Below, piece after piece: positions 50,459 through 61,224 of a stretch of DNA of 64,000 nt. Origin of the DNA: Felis catus (Eukaryota); the NCBI RefSeq assembly GCF_018350175.1, contig NC_058368.1, positions 123,878,001 through 123,942,000 on the forward strand, written 5' to 3'. Within the stretch, counting starts at the first letter, position 1; every line of letters starts with the position of its first letter. The position numbers were made by a program, and so were the translations under genes. The notes beneath the pieces are model-generated. The model searched no databases. It was not told the origin of the DNA and worked only from the letters and a program-made list of their open reading frames with translations.

Positions 50459-52105
50459 ATTGCCAATATAAAAGCCAATGGAACCATATCATAAAAAAAG
50501 GCAGCCTGGTTAAATAAGTTATTTTGTGTATATGTGTTTTCCTCTATGTAAGTCTGTACCTGCTATAAAAAGTCCAGTAACAAACTTATCTAAACTTCTT
50601 CTGTATGAATCAGTTAATGGTCAGTCAATAAGAACTGTAATGCTTCAATTCTGATGTGACTATTGAAACATGTTTCCAAACTGATCGATAAATGCTTCAA
50701 AAGATGTTAAATTTGACAGTGCTGGAGGGCAATGTAGTCTAATAAAAGAAATTAGCAGCCAGAGCAATGCAATTGCACCAAAGAACCCACAATGGGAACA
50801 CTAAATGCTTTCAAGTTATGTTTAGGCAATAAGAAAGAACGCTGATGGAGAAGTAAAATTTAAGTGTATTATAAAATGCAGGCCTAGTAGAAGTTTTTAT
50901 CCTCCTAATGATTTTTTTTTAAGTTTTATGATATCTCCTTTTCAAAAAAATACTATAAATTATTATTTTATTTTGTAATTCAGGTTGGTATTCCCATGCT
51001 GTTTACCCTTTACTGTAAATATTTAGGGTATTGTCAATTAGCATACTATTTTTATATAACTGAGATATTCAGCATTTAAGATAGAAAGAAAAAATCTAAC
51101 GCTACAGTTCTCAGAGCTCAAGTGGGCATACATTGAGAAAGGAAAGGTGACATCTTAATTTACTACCAACCTTTTATATTACTATGAAGTTTGTAGAGAT
51201 TTTTCTTCAACTTAAGACAAGGGTTTCTTTGACCTATTGAGAAGTTTCAAAATGTTCCCTTCAGGGATTTCTTGTTATTTTGCATATGTCAGCATTAAAA
51301 AGAAAAAAGGAGAAGCAACAGGTTACAATTTGCTGATCTACTGATCTCAGCAATAGATTAAAGCACTGCTTGACAGTCCTGAAAATTAGGTTTTAGTCAA
51401 GTTGGCCATTAATTGTTTATTTGGTGGTAAGGGAGGCAGTTCCTCCAGCTTGATGGACCTTGGTTTCCTCATCTGTAGAGTGAGGAGAACCTGCTTGACT
51501 AGTTACTCTAAAAGGCCTCTTCCAGCTCTATTATTCTAAGACAGCTAAGATGTCAAGCCACCTACTATCAAGGCACCGTGTCTCACATTTGAGCTGAGGA
51601 AAAGTGTGGCAAGGATTTAACTGTTTCGGCCCCCAACCCATTTGTGGTCCTCGCTCAAGGCACAAGGGTGTTTCTTCCCTGATCTGCTTTCTCCAACTCT
51701 TCCCTACTCGGGACAGGGAAAGGCTTTCCCACTGCCGCAATAACCCCAATTCTCCCCCTCACCCGGGTGTTTACCTACAGTCACCCTGCCTTGCCTTAAG
51801 GCTCAAGCAGGCACCGACTCCCCACAGCCCCTCGAATTCTCTCAGCCCCCATCGGATGGGAGTCACCAGAGCCCAGAGAGGAGCGCGCGTCTCCCCTCCG
51901 GGGTGGTCTCCTCTGTCCCGACTTTGGCCTCAACGCTCCCCCAAGAAGCAACTGTTTGGGCGCATTTCACCAAAGAACTTCCCCGATGACAGCCGGCTCT
52001 TCAGCAAGCTCAGCGGTTCCCGCCGCTTCCCCTCTGTTCCTCCCACCCTCCACTCCCCGCTCCCTCCCGAGGGGTGACTTTGAAAAACTAGGGAACTAGG
52101 CCTAC

Positions 52106-52300
52106 CTGCACCGGCCAAGCCCTCAATCTGGGAAAAATGGGCGAGAAAACGGAGACCCTTTACTAAATCCACTCAACTTGAGGCAGGAGGGGTTCTCCTC
52201 CCCTGGACAGGAAGAGACAACAGCCTCGGCCGCGGGGACCGGCGGGGGATGGAGTTCTGAGCGCACTGAGCCAGGCGCCGCTGCCAAACCTCCCGCCCCT
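52106..52300 (-). other. SLC38A9: Candidate non-coding first exon of SLC38A9 (5' boundary approximate)
   Basis: Donor-like TGCAG|gtaggc at 52106/52105 just downstream of the promoter motifs. Alternative donor CGG|gtgagg at 51763/51762. The ATG exon has its own acceptor, so an upstream exon must exist. Confidence 0.45.
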
Positions 52301-52302
52301 GA

Positions 52303-52329
52303 GGACTACAACTCCCAGAGGTCTCTGCG
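52303..52329 (+). promoter_or_regulatory. ZNF143/THAP11 (SBS, ACTACAnnTCCCA) motif
   Basis: GGACTACAACTCCCAGAGGTCTCTGCG matches the extended consensus. Confidence 0.8.
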
Positions 52330-52590
52330 AGAGCCAACGCGCCTTTCGCCGCAGAGCACAGCCCCACTCCCGGCTTTAGGAGGTGGGGCGGTCAAGATAC
52401 GCAAATCTCGTCTCCTCTGCTGCCTGCTGTTGGTTCCTGTGTGGGATGCTTCCCTGACGTTTAAAGGCATCGAGGATGAGGAACGCCATATCCTGCAGTC
52501 TTTACACTTCCAGAGGTCACATAGGAAAGGGCTGACCTCCCATTATCAGTCTCTTTTCACAGGCCCTTCTGGCTAGTGTTCTGTACTGTC

Positions 52591-52598
52591 GTCACGTG
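52591..52598. promoter_or_regulatory. E-box GTCACGTG (CLEAR-like; MiT/TFE or USF site)
   Basis: gtcacgtgct matches the first 8 of 10 positions of GTCACGTGAC, about 0.3 kb upstream of the presumed TSS. Confidence 0.55.
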
Positions 52599-53029
52599 CT
52601 TGAATCCCACGGACAACAAGGAAAACTGGTTTGAAAAATGTTGGGGTGGCACTCTCACTCCCATGTCTGGACACTTAGGTTTTTGTTGTTTGCGTTTGTT
52701 TTCTTTTATTATTTTAATGCGTTGACGAATTTGTCTCCATGCTAAAAGAGGGGCTTTGGAGGTATATTTTAGCACCGTCTCCGCATCCCTAGTAGTTTCT
52801 CCCAAAGCCACCTCAAATAAACCTATAATCTAAGTAAAATGAGTGTGCATGTTGTAACATGTCAGTCCAATCAAAGTCCCCTGGAAAGCATATAGCATCA
52901 CCTACGCCATTACATAGGAAGCTAGTAGCATCTTTTTCTCTTTTAAGAAAACAACCATAAAAACAAAAACAATAAAAAACCCACAAGTGCATTGTAATGT
53001 GATAATCCAAAGTAACAAATCCAAATTTA

Positions 53030-53230
53030 AAAGCTGATACTGAGTGCCAAGCATTTTACATATAATACCTCTTTAAATCTCCACCATGATTCTAGAAATG
53101 TATATTATCCCTATTTTACAAACATGGGAACAACCCTATAGAATTTAAGTAACTAACCCAAGGCCAAGCAACTATTAAATGGCAGAAGAGTCAGACTTAA
53201 AACCTGATGCTCTAAAAGTCTTATTCCAAA
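53030..53230 (-). mobile_element. MIR
   Basis: tattatccctattttacaaa...ttaagtaactaacccaaggcca. Confidence 0.6.
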
Positions 53231-54184
53231 ACCTGATTTCTCGAACACCACCAAACAGTGCCTGTATTATTGAGGGCTTGACAACAAGGCAGATGATGTA
53301 AGAAGTACTGCCTCTAAGGCAGATAAAAGTTATTTTGCTAATGGTGTCCTTATTAAAAATCTTTTTGCAATTACCCTTTAGCCTGCCTTCAAATAAGCAG
53401 AACATTCTTTTGATAATTTCAGTGATAGCAAAATTCTCTTCTTTCTTTGCATTCCAGGTCTAGAAGATAATTTTGACAAGACTGAAAAGCACAAAAGTGA
53501 ATGGTACTGAGTGACATGAATGAAAATAGCAGATTAGGGAACTTGAACATGTTCTCTCTGTTAAAGCAGTACATAAGTTGGCAAGACTGCCAGAATCAAC
53601 TTTTTTTGGGACTCTGGCATCTAATAAAAAATGTAAAACAACAAGGGAAACATTTTAGAAAAGACTGCTGAGTTTTGGCAAGAGAGGTCTATGATCATCT
53701 CTTACTGTCCACCTTGAGGTCGCCCTGAAGACAGCAGCCTACATTCCTGCTAGTTGCTAGTACCTGAGGGAGCAATAGGGATCTTCTTCTCAAGGAATTG
53801 TAATTGTGCATTTTGACCTATCTTGTGGTTCCCTGAAGGTTTGGCTCAAGGGCTTGCCTTTGTTTTGCCTGCCTTGCAATCTCCGGAGAACTGAAGCAGC
53901 CCCCCACCCCCACCCCAGGCCATGTGAGTTTGTCTGAAAGCCTTTAAAGCAAATGTTTTAGTCACCAAGTTTACTAAATAGTTAGGTCCAAACAAATTAA
54001 TATGCATTTATGTCCTAACAACTCAGTAGCCATTTAAAAATACATACATAAATTGAAAGAAAAATATTTTATTTCATTCTTAAATAGCTTTAATTGCTTA
54101 CTAGTGGGATGTATACATCTATTGGGCACTGTATAACTTCTTGAAGATACCACTATCCTTGTTTCCTGTTTCACATTGGATTTT

Positions 54185-54363
54185 TTAAAGAAAATGTTTA
54201 TTTATTTGTCTTTGAGAGGAAAAGAGAGAGTGGTAGTAGAGGCATGGTGGAGGGGCAGAGAGAGAATCCCAAGCAGGCTCCCCACTGTCAGCACAGAGTC
54301 CTTCATGGGGCTTGATCCTAAAAACCGTGAGATCATGACCTGAGCTGAAATCAAGAGTTGTAC
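54185..54363 (-). mobile_element. 5'-truncated CAN-SINE
   Basis: TSD tcacatt(g/a)gatttt. Confidence 0.82.
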
Positions 54364-54483
54364 TCACATTAGATTTTGCACAATGCTTGGTTGAGATCAT
54401 AGCAACCACTGAAAACTCAACTTGACAGATACAATGTTATCCAAAAAAATTAACTTGATCTAATGTTGAAACTGAATTATCTC

Positions 54484-54700
54484 GGGGCGCCTGGGTGGCT
54501 CAGTCGGTTGAGCGTCCGACTTCGGCTCAGGTCACAATCTCGCGGTCTGTGAGTTCGAGCCCCGCGTTGGGCTCTGGGCTGATGGCTCAGAGCCTGGAGC
54601 CTGCTTCCAATTCTGTGTCTCCCTCTCTCTCTGCCCCTTCCCCATTCATGCTCTGTCTCTCTCTGTCTCAAAAATAAATAAACGTTAAAAAAAAAAAAAA
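54484..54700 (+). mobile_element. CAN-SINE (SINEC_Fc type)
   Basis: TSD gaaactgaattatctc. Confidence 0.93.
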
Positions 54701-54796
54701 GAAACTGAATTATCTCAAGGTGCTACTTCACATGGTATCTGACAGATGTCTCTCTGTTTTCCTTAAAACACAGGGTTCCCTTATTTTTCTGCTCTA

Positions 54797-55015
54797 CAAC
54801 GATTGTCAAACTTCTTCTATAAAGGGCCCATTAGTAAGTATTTTGGGCTTTGTGACCATATGGTCTCTGTCAACAATGATTCAATTCTGTCTTTATGGCA
54901 CAAATAGAGACAACATAAATGATACGTAAACAAATGGAGTGGCTGTATTCTAATTTATAGAAACAGGTACTGGGCTGGATTTGTCTCCAGGACCATAGTT
55001 TCCTGACCATTGGCC
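54797..55015. mobile_element. MER58A-type hAT element
   Basis: caaacttcttctataaagggcc...gtaagtattttgggctttgtgaccata...gggctggatttg...ccatagtttcctgacc. Confidence 0.75.
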
Positions 55016-55247
55016 TAGAGGATCCAGAGTGGAGATGTTTGTGTATTAATTGGAATTCTTCTAAGGAGAAGAATTTTTCTCCATGATTTGATTACCCCAA
55101 GGTAAAATGTGTTTGGGAAATGTAGTATAAATACTCGCATCTTTCTTTTTACCAGTTTTCAAAATGAGTTGGTTGCCTAGCATCTTGCAAAGTTGACCAA
55201 TGAGGTTTTTTTGGTTTTATTTTTTATCATTAAAAATATATTTGATG

Positions 55248-55474
55248 AGGGGTGCCTGGCTGGCTCAGTCAGTTAGGGATCTGACTTTAGCTCAGGTCAT
55301 GATCTCACGGTCTGTGAGTTCGAGCCCTGCGTTAGGCTCTGTGCTAACAGCTCAGAGCCTGGAACCTGCTTAAGATTCTGTGTCTCCCTCTCTCTCTGCC
55401 CTTCCCCCACTCACTCTCTGTCTCTCTCTCTCTCTCTCTGTCTCAAAAATAAACATTAAAAATTTTTTAAAAAT
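55248..55474 (+). mobile_element. CAN-SINE
   Basis: TSD atatatttgatg. Confidence 0.9.
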
Positions 55475-55504
55475 ACATATATTTGATGTGTTTCAATCCT
55501 TTGA

Positions 55505-55506
<2 letters not shown>

Positions 55507-55548
<42 letters not shown>
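55507..55548. repeat. (AT)n microsatellite
   Basis: Seen directly. Confidence 0.95.
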
Positions 55549-55552
<4 letters not shown>

Positions 55553-56218
55553 TTTCAAGTTTACAAAAAAATTGCAAAGGTAGTGCCAAGAATTCCAATA
55601 TATATTCTTTACTCAGAGTTATCAATTGTTAACATTTTGTCATATTTGTTTTATTCTTTCTCTTTCTCTTTCCATTTCCTTGCTTTCTCTCTTTCTCTGT
55701 ACACGCACGTATTTCCCTAAACCATTTGAGATTAAATTGCACACCATATGCCTCTGCTCCTAAATTCTTTAGTATATATTTCCCAAAAAAAGGATTTTCA
55801 CAGTATGATGATCAAAACTAGAACTTTAAAAAATTGACACAATGCTCTTATTTAAAAGTCTTATGAAAATTTCACCAATTGTTTCAATAATGTCTTTTAT
55901 AAGATGCTTTGTTTTGATTTTTGTTTTGTTTTGTTTTTCCTCATCCAGAACCCAACACAGGATTGACCACACGTTGCATTTAGTCTTCATGTCTCTTTAA
56001 GATCCTTTAATCTGGAATGGGTCCTTAAGACTTTCTTTCCCTTTTATGACATTGATATTTTTGAAGAGTATAGGCCATTTAGTAAAATGTTCCTCATTTT
56101 GAATTTACCTAATGTTACTTCATGATTAGATTCAAGTTTTGCATTTTTGGTAGGAATAATACAGCAGTATTGTAGAGTCTTTCTCACTGCATCATATCAT
56201 GAGGCACATGATATTCAC

Positions 56219-57030
56219 TGATTATAAAGATTCTAATACCAATTCCAGAATGGGAATAGAGTTTCCCACACTATCAAGCAATTCTTAGACACCAACTGGG
56301 TGTCCTACCATTTAACTCAATTCTGATGCTATCTACCTGGACATTGAACCAGATTACAGGTTAATGGCTCAGTCCTACATGAATTCTCCCCCTCTCCTCC
56401 ACTCAGACACCCCTTGAAACTACAGATTGTTCCTTGTACTTGTGACCAACTGGCTATAGATCAGAGGTTCCCATGACTCTCTCCTTGGGTTTGACTAATT
56501 TGCTAGAGTGATTCAGAGAACTCAGAGGAACATTTTACTTAGTAGATTACTGGTTTATTATAAAAGGCTGTAACTCAGGAGCAGCCAGTTGGGAAGAGAT
56601 GCCCATGGGGAAAGGGTATGGAATTTCCATGCCCTGTCTATGTGCACCACTCTCCTCAAATTCCCATGTGCTTATTATCTACCTGGAAGTTCTCTGAACT
56701 CCATCCTTTTGAGTTCTTAAGTAGGTTTCATATTACACAGACAGTATTGATTAAATCATTGGCCCCTGGTGATTGAACTCAGCCTTTAGTCCCTCTCTTC
56801 TTGCCAGAGATGGAGAGTGAAGGGACTGAAAATTTCAACCCTCTAAATACATGGTTGGCTCCACTGGCAACCAATCCCATACTTGAGAGTAGCCCAAAAG
56901 TTACTTCATTAACACAACAAAAGATATCTTTATCACTCTCATCACTTAAGAAATTTCAAAGTTTTAGCTCTGTGACAGAAAGGGGTCAAAGACCAAATAT
57001 ATATTTCTTAGTATAAATCGCAGTATCACA
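56219..57030 (-). mobile_element. Solo LTR, MER21-like
   Basis: TG...CA ends; gacaccaactgggtgtcctac; terminal gaccaaatatatatttctta...tatcaca. Confidence 0.75.
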
Positions 57031-57059
57031 CGGGCATATTGGTCATCATTGATACCTAG

Positions 57060-57780
57060 TCTCCAAGCTCTTTAGTGAACCATGTCTCTGGTTTTCATGG
57101 CTTCATACAGTTCCCTCTCCTTGAATCTCCATTGGCTCTGTGATTTTTTTTTTCTCCAACCAACAGAATGTGGCAAATGTGACACTGTTTTTTCTTATTC
57201 TAGGTCTGAAGAAGCCTTGCAGCTTCTGACTTGATCTCTTGGAATGCTGTCTTTGGAATGTTTGTTCACTTGGAATCCTCACTCTGGGGTAGCTCAAAGA
57301 AAGACAGATAGATGCCTGACCAACACCCAACTTTTCCAACTATTGTGGCCAAGAGATCTGAGTAAAGAGGCCATATTGAATATTTAATAGAATTAAATTG
57401 GGAACTTAAGGTGAAATAAATTGCAGACAACATCTGATTGTAACTACCTGAGCCCACTCAATCCACAGAATCTTGAAAGATAATAATACATTGTTTTAAG
57501 CCATTAAATTTTGGAGGAGCTTGTTATTTTTTTTTTTAATTAAAAAAATTTTTTTAATGTTTATTTATTTTTGAGAGAGAGAGACAGAGCACAAACTGGG
57601 GAAAGGCAAAGAGAGAGGGAGACACAGAATCCAAAGCAGGCTCCAAGCTGTCAGAACAGAGCAGGGCTCCGAGCCCAGGACTCTCAGCCCATGACCTGAG
57701 TTGAAATGAGATGCTTAACTGACTGAGCCACCCAGGCATTCCTGGAGGAGCTTGTTATGTAACAATAGATAAGCAGAATG
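57060..57780 (+). mobile_element. MaLR LTR (MLT1-type) interrupted by a SINE
   Basis: 3' hallmark ttgttttaagccattaaattttggag...ttgttatgtaacaatagataa, split by the SINE TSD. Confidence 0.7.
57528..57742 (-). mobile_element. CAN-SINE inside an MLT1 LTR
   Basis: TSD tggaggagcttgttat. Confidence 0.9.
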
Positions 57781-59152
57781 ATGACTTCAACTTTGATCCC
57801 TTGGTTAAGATGGTGTCTGCTTGGTTTCTCCATTCTACAGTTACTGTTTTTTTTCTTTATAATTAATAAATAATTTATGGGGGGCACTTTAAGACCTTAT
57901 TAATGTCCTTTTCTTCACCAAACTGTTGCTACGAGTTTAATAAGCCAGATTCAAATATTACTGTGATGGTTGCAAAACGATGATTTTAAAAAAAACCCAC
58001 AAAACTCTACATGTATTAGTTAACATTTTGCTGTAAGAAAAAGCTTTGTTTTCCTTTTTCTTTACTTATACATTACCAGTACATATGTATGGGTTTTTAT
58101 TTTATTAAATGTATTATAATCTGTTATTATCATTTTCACTCTGATGCCCTAATTGTCCTGCATTTGACTAGTGGGAACCCATTTCATTTGGCTCTTCAGT
58201 GCTTTGGTAATTTTTGAAAGCTTTCTTACTTTTTGGTGCAAGCTGATGTTTCAGACTTATCTTGTATATTTCCAACCATATTGCTGGTATCTGTTTTTTC
58301 CCCCAGAGGTGGTTTTTTGTAATGGGAAATGGTATCTAGAACCACAGTCTGTATGCTGGCCAGCTCCTTGCTAATGGGTTGGTCATTGTTTCCAGGCTTT
58401 TTCAATAGAAAGAGTTAGGAAATACTTTTTTTTTTTTTTAACATATATTTACGTAAAGGAGATTGTATATTATGAATTCATACTATTGTTTTCAATTCAC
58501 ACTTAGGAAAATAGCATTATCACTTACCCTCTTTGATTTTCTATTTCAATCTTTTTTCTCTTACACTGAAAATCTTAGTTCTTAAACAACATTAATTTCA
58601 TTATATATAATTTTATTACTAATAATATGATTATAGAATTAGTTTACTTTTGCAGGTTTGTGTATGTTATTTCGCCTTTTGTCCCACTAAAGACAAATGG
58701 TCAAATTACTGTATTTTGGATCACTTGGAATAATTTTCATTGTGTGACTAAATCATTAACTCAGTATGTATTTATGTGTCTTTGTTTCCTTTGCTTTGAA
58801 ATTTAATATTGGTTTTTAAATTTTAACTTAGTTTTGTTTTATAATTTTGCATAACAATCGTATGATTTCACAATCAAATCTACTTGCTCAGGGAAGTGTA
58901 GCACATATTCTTATCCTCAACCTGTTCCCTCTTTTTTTGTCATAAGTAGTACTTTTATAAATTTTGGTGTATCCTTCCATTTTTTTAAAAAATATAAGCA
59001 AATGTATCTGTTTTTAGGTAAATGCTAGCATACCGGACATGTTATTCAACCTGTCTTTTTCTAATAAAATAGATCCTAGTGACCATTCCATTGCAATATA
59101 TAGAGATTATCCTCTTTTTTTTTTTTTTTTTTTTAATAGCTGCAGAGTTCTC

Positions 59153-60081
59153 TGAAGGGGAGCAGAATATGCCACCCACAATTATGCCACTTTTGGATAT
59201 TGATTATATTGAATTAAAGGTACTTTAGGAACAGCTATGCAGGAATGACTCTCTGAGCTTCCTTTGTGTCATCAAAAGCATGTGAAAGGTTAACCACCCT
59301 TCCCCTTCCCCCCGCGTTCATACCAGGAAGGTGAAAGGCATCCTTATCGCCAGAGATATGGAATGTGGAGTCGAGAAGGCTGTATAAACAAAACTTGTTA
59401 TTTCTTCATCAATTTATTACCCTAAGTCCAAACCTTTTTTTCTTGTCAGTTCTTTAAAAAACATTTTTTGGGGAGTGCCTGGGTGGCTCAGTCCATTGAG
59501 TGGCCGACTTCAGCTCAGGTCATGATCTCACAGTTGGTTTGTAAGTTTGATCCCTGTGTCAGGTTCTGTGCTGACAGCTCGGGACCTGGACCTGCTTCGG
59601 ATTCTGTCTCTCCCTCTCTCTCTGCCCCTCCCCTGCTCTGTCTCTCAAAAATAAATAAACATTAAAAAAATAATTAACATTAATTTTGAGAGAGAGAGAC
59701 AGAGTGTGAGCAGGAGAAGGGCAGAGAAAGAGGGAGAGACAGAATCTAAAGCAGGCTCTGGGCTCTGAGGTGTCCACAGAAACTGACACAGGGTTCGAAC
59801 CCACAAACTGAGTGATGATGACCTGAGCCCAAGTTGGATGCTTAACCGACTGAGCCACCCAGGCCCCCCTGTTTTGTCAATTCTTCACGGATTTATTGCT
59901 TGTCTAAAAGGTAATAAAAGCCTCCTGCTTTGGTCATTTCTTTGAATCTCATATTTTTGTAGGGCTCCTGTACATATGACTTAACTTGGTTTTCCCCTTG
60001 TTAATCATTCTTATGTCAACTTAATTATTAGACCAGCCAAAGAACCTAGAAGGGAAGAAGGGAAAATTATTCCACCCTGCA
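59153..60081 (+). mobile_element. ERV1 solo LTR (MER34-like) containing two SINEs
   Basis: Begins tgaagggg...atatgccaccc; ends aattattagaccagccaaagaacctagaagg...ca. Confidence 0.75.
59469..59869. mobile_element. Tail-to-tail pair of CAN-SINEs (+ 59469-59670, - 59672-59869)
   Basis: Opposite heads; outer TSD ttgtca(g/a)ttctt. Confidence 0.88.
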
Positions 60082-60563
60082 TGCGTGGATGTTACAGTCT
60101 GCCAATGAGGGACTTTTGAGTTTTCCAGTCTTTAGCTTTTAGTTCTGCAATTAATAACTTTGTGTACATACGCTTTTATATTTACTGACAGTGTATATTT
60201 GAGATAAATTCCAGAAATAGGAGTAGGGAATCGAAGGGCAAGTGCACACATAATTTTGCTAGATATTGTCAAATCCCCTTCCCTCAGGACTAGAGGGTAG
60301 TGCATCACCAACAGAAATATGAATGTGACTGTTACCTTGCCGCCTCTCTAGTAGAATACATTATCAAATATTTGCCATTTTAATTTGTGAAAAATTGTAT
60401 TTTAGTGTAGTTTTAATTTGCATCATTCTTAAAAGAAATTGAGTATTTCTCTGTATTATAGATATTAATCCTTTTTTGGATTATGTTAAAAATAATTTTT
60501 CCCAGTTTGTCATTTGTCTTTTGCCTTTGCTATTTATTTTTTGTCATGAGAAGTTTTATTTTT

Positions 60564-60881
60564 GGGATGCCTGGGTGGCTCACTTGGTTGAGCATCCAGC
60601 GCTTGATTTGGGCTTGGGTCTTTTCTCATGTTCTTGGGATCTGACCTTGCATTGGGCTCTGCACTGACAGTGTGGATCCTGCTTAGGATCCTCACTCTCC
60701 TCTCTCTCTCTACCCCCTCCTGCACTTTGTCTCTCTCTCTATCTCTCTCTCTCTCTCTCTCTCAAAATAAATAAATAAACATTAAAAAAATAAAAGAAAA
60801 GAATTTTAAGGATTTTTTAAATGTATATTTATTTTTGAGAGAGCATGTGCATGGAGGGACAGAGAGAGGAAGAGAAAGAGA

Positions 60882-60931
<50 letters not shown>

Positions 60932-61056
60932 CCCAAGGAGGGTCTGCACTGTCAGCACAGAGCCTTATGCGAGGTTTGAACTCATGAGCTGTGAGATCAT
61001 GACCTGAGCCTAAACCAAGAGTCAGGTGCTCAACCAACTGAGCCATCCTGGTGCCA
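60564..61056. mobile_element. Tail-to-tail pair of CAN-SINEs (+ 60564-60800, - 60812-61056)
   Basis: Opposite heads; aaaagaaaa..aatttt repeated on both sides of the minus copy. Confidence 0.88.
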
Positions 61057-61224
61057 CAAAAGAAAAAAAAATTTTTTTAAGTTTTATTATTTTTTCATCT
61101 TTATGTACTCACACTATATAAAATTATTGCTTCTGGATTTTGATTGCTTCTGGATAGGTAGAATGTTTTTCCAAGTATAGAGGAATTCACCAGTGTTTTC
61201 TTCTAGTATTTGCATGGTTTTATT

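Larger units (their letters stand above)
51600..52620 (-). promoter_or_regulatory. SLC38A9: CpG/GC-rich TATA-less promoter region of SLC38A9
   Basis: The only non-repeat CpG-dense stretch in the window, upstream of the ATG exon. GC boxes at 52292-52299 and 52385-52391, a ZNF143-type motif and an E-box. Confidence 0.85.
55550..59100 (-). mobile_element. Ancient L1 (L1MC-like) 3' region, fragmented by LTR and SINE insertions
   Basis: T-rich degenerate L1 3' motifs (ttacaaaaaaattgcaaag; gttgcatttagtcttcatgtctcttta; ggttaagatggtgtctgc). Confidence 0.55.

Noticed and set aside
52513..52539. Inverted AGGTCA/TGACCT half-sites as a nuclear-receptor element
   Set aside because: A 13-nt spacer is not a standard inverted-repeat spacing.
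51531..52576. ORFs of 64-157 aa over the GC-rich region
   Set aside because: Expected by chance in GC-rich promoter DNA; low-complexity Pro/Ser/Arg content and no recognisable domain.
472..61046. Many 60-100 aa ORFs with recurrent peptides (GAPGWRSRLSVRLQ, MAQSVERPTSAQV, GQRETEHERGRGRE)
   Set aside because: All are translations of CAN-SINE copies, not a gene family.
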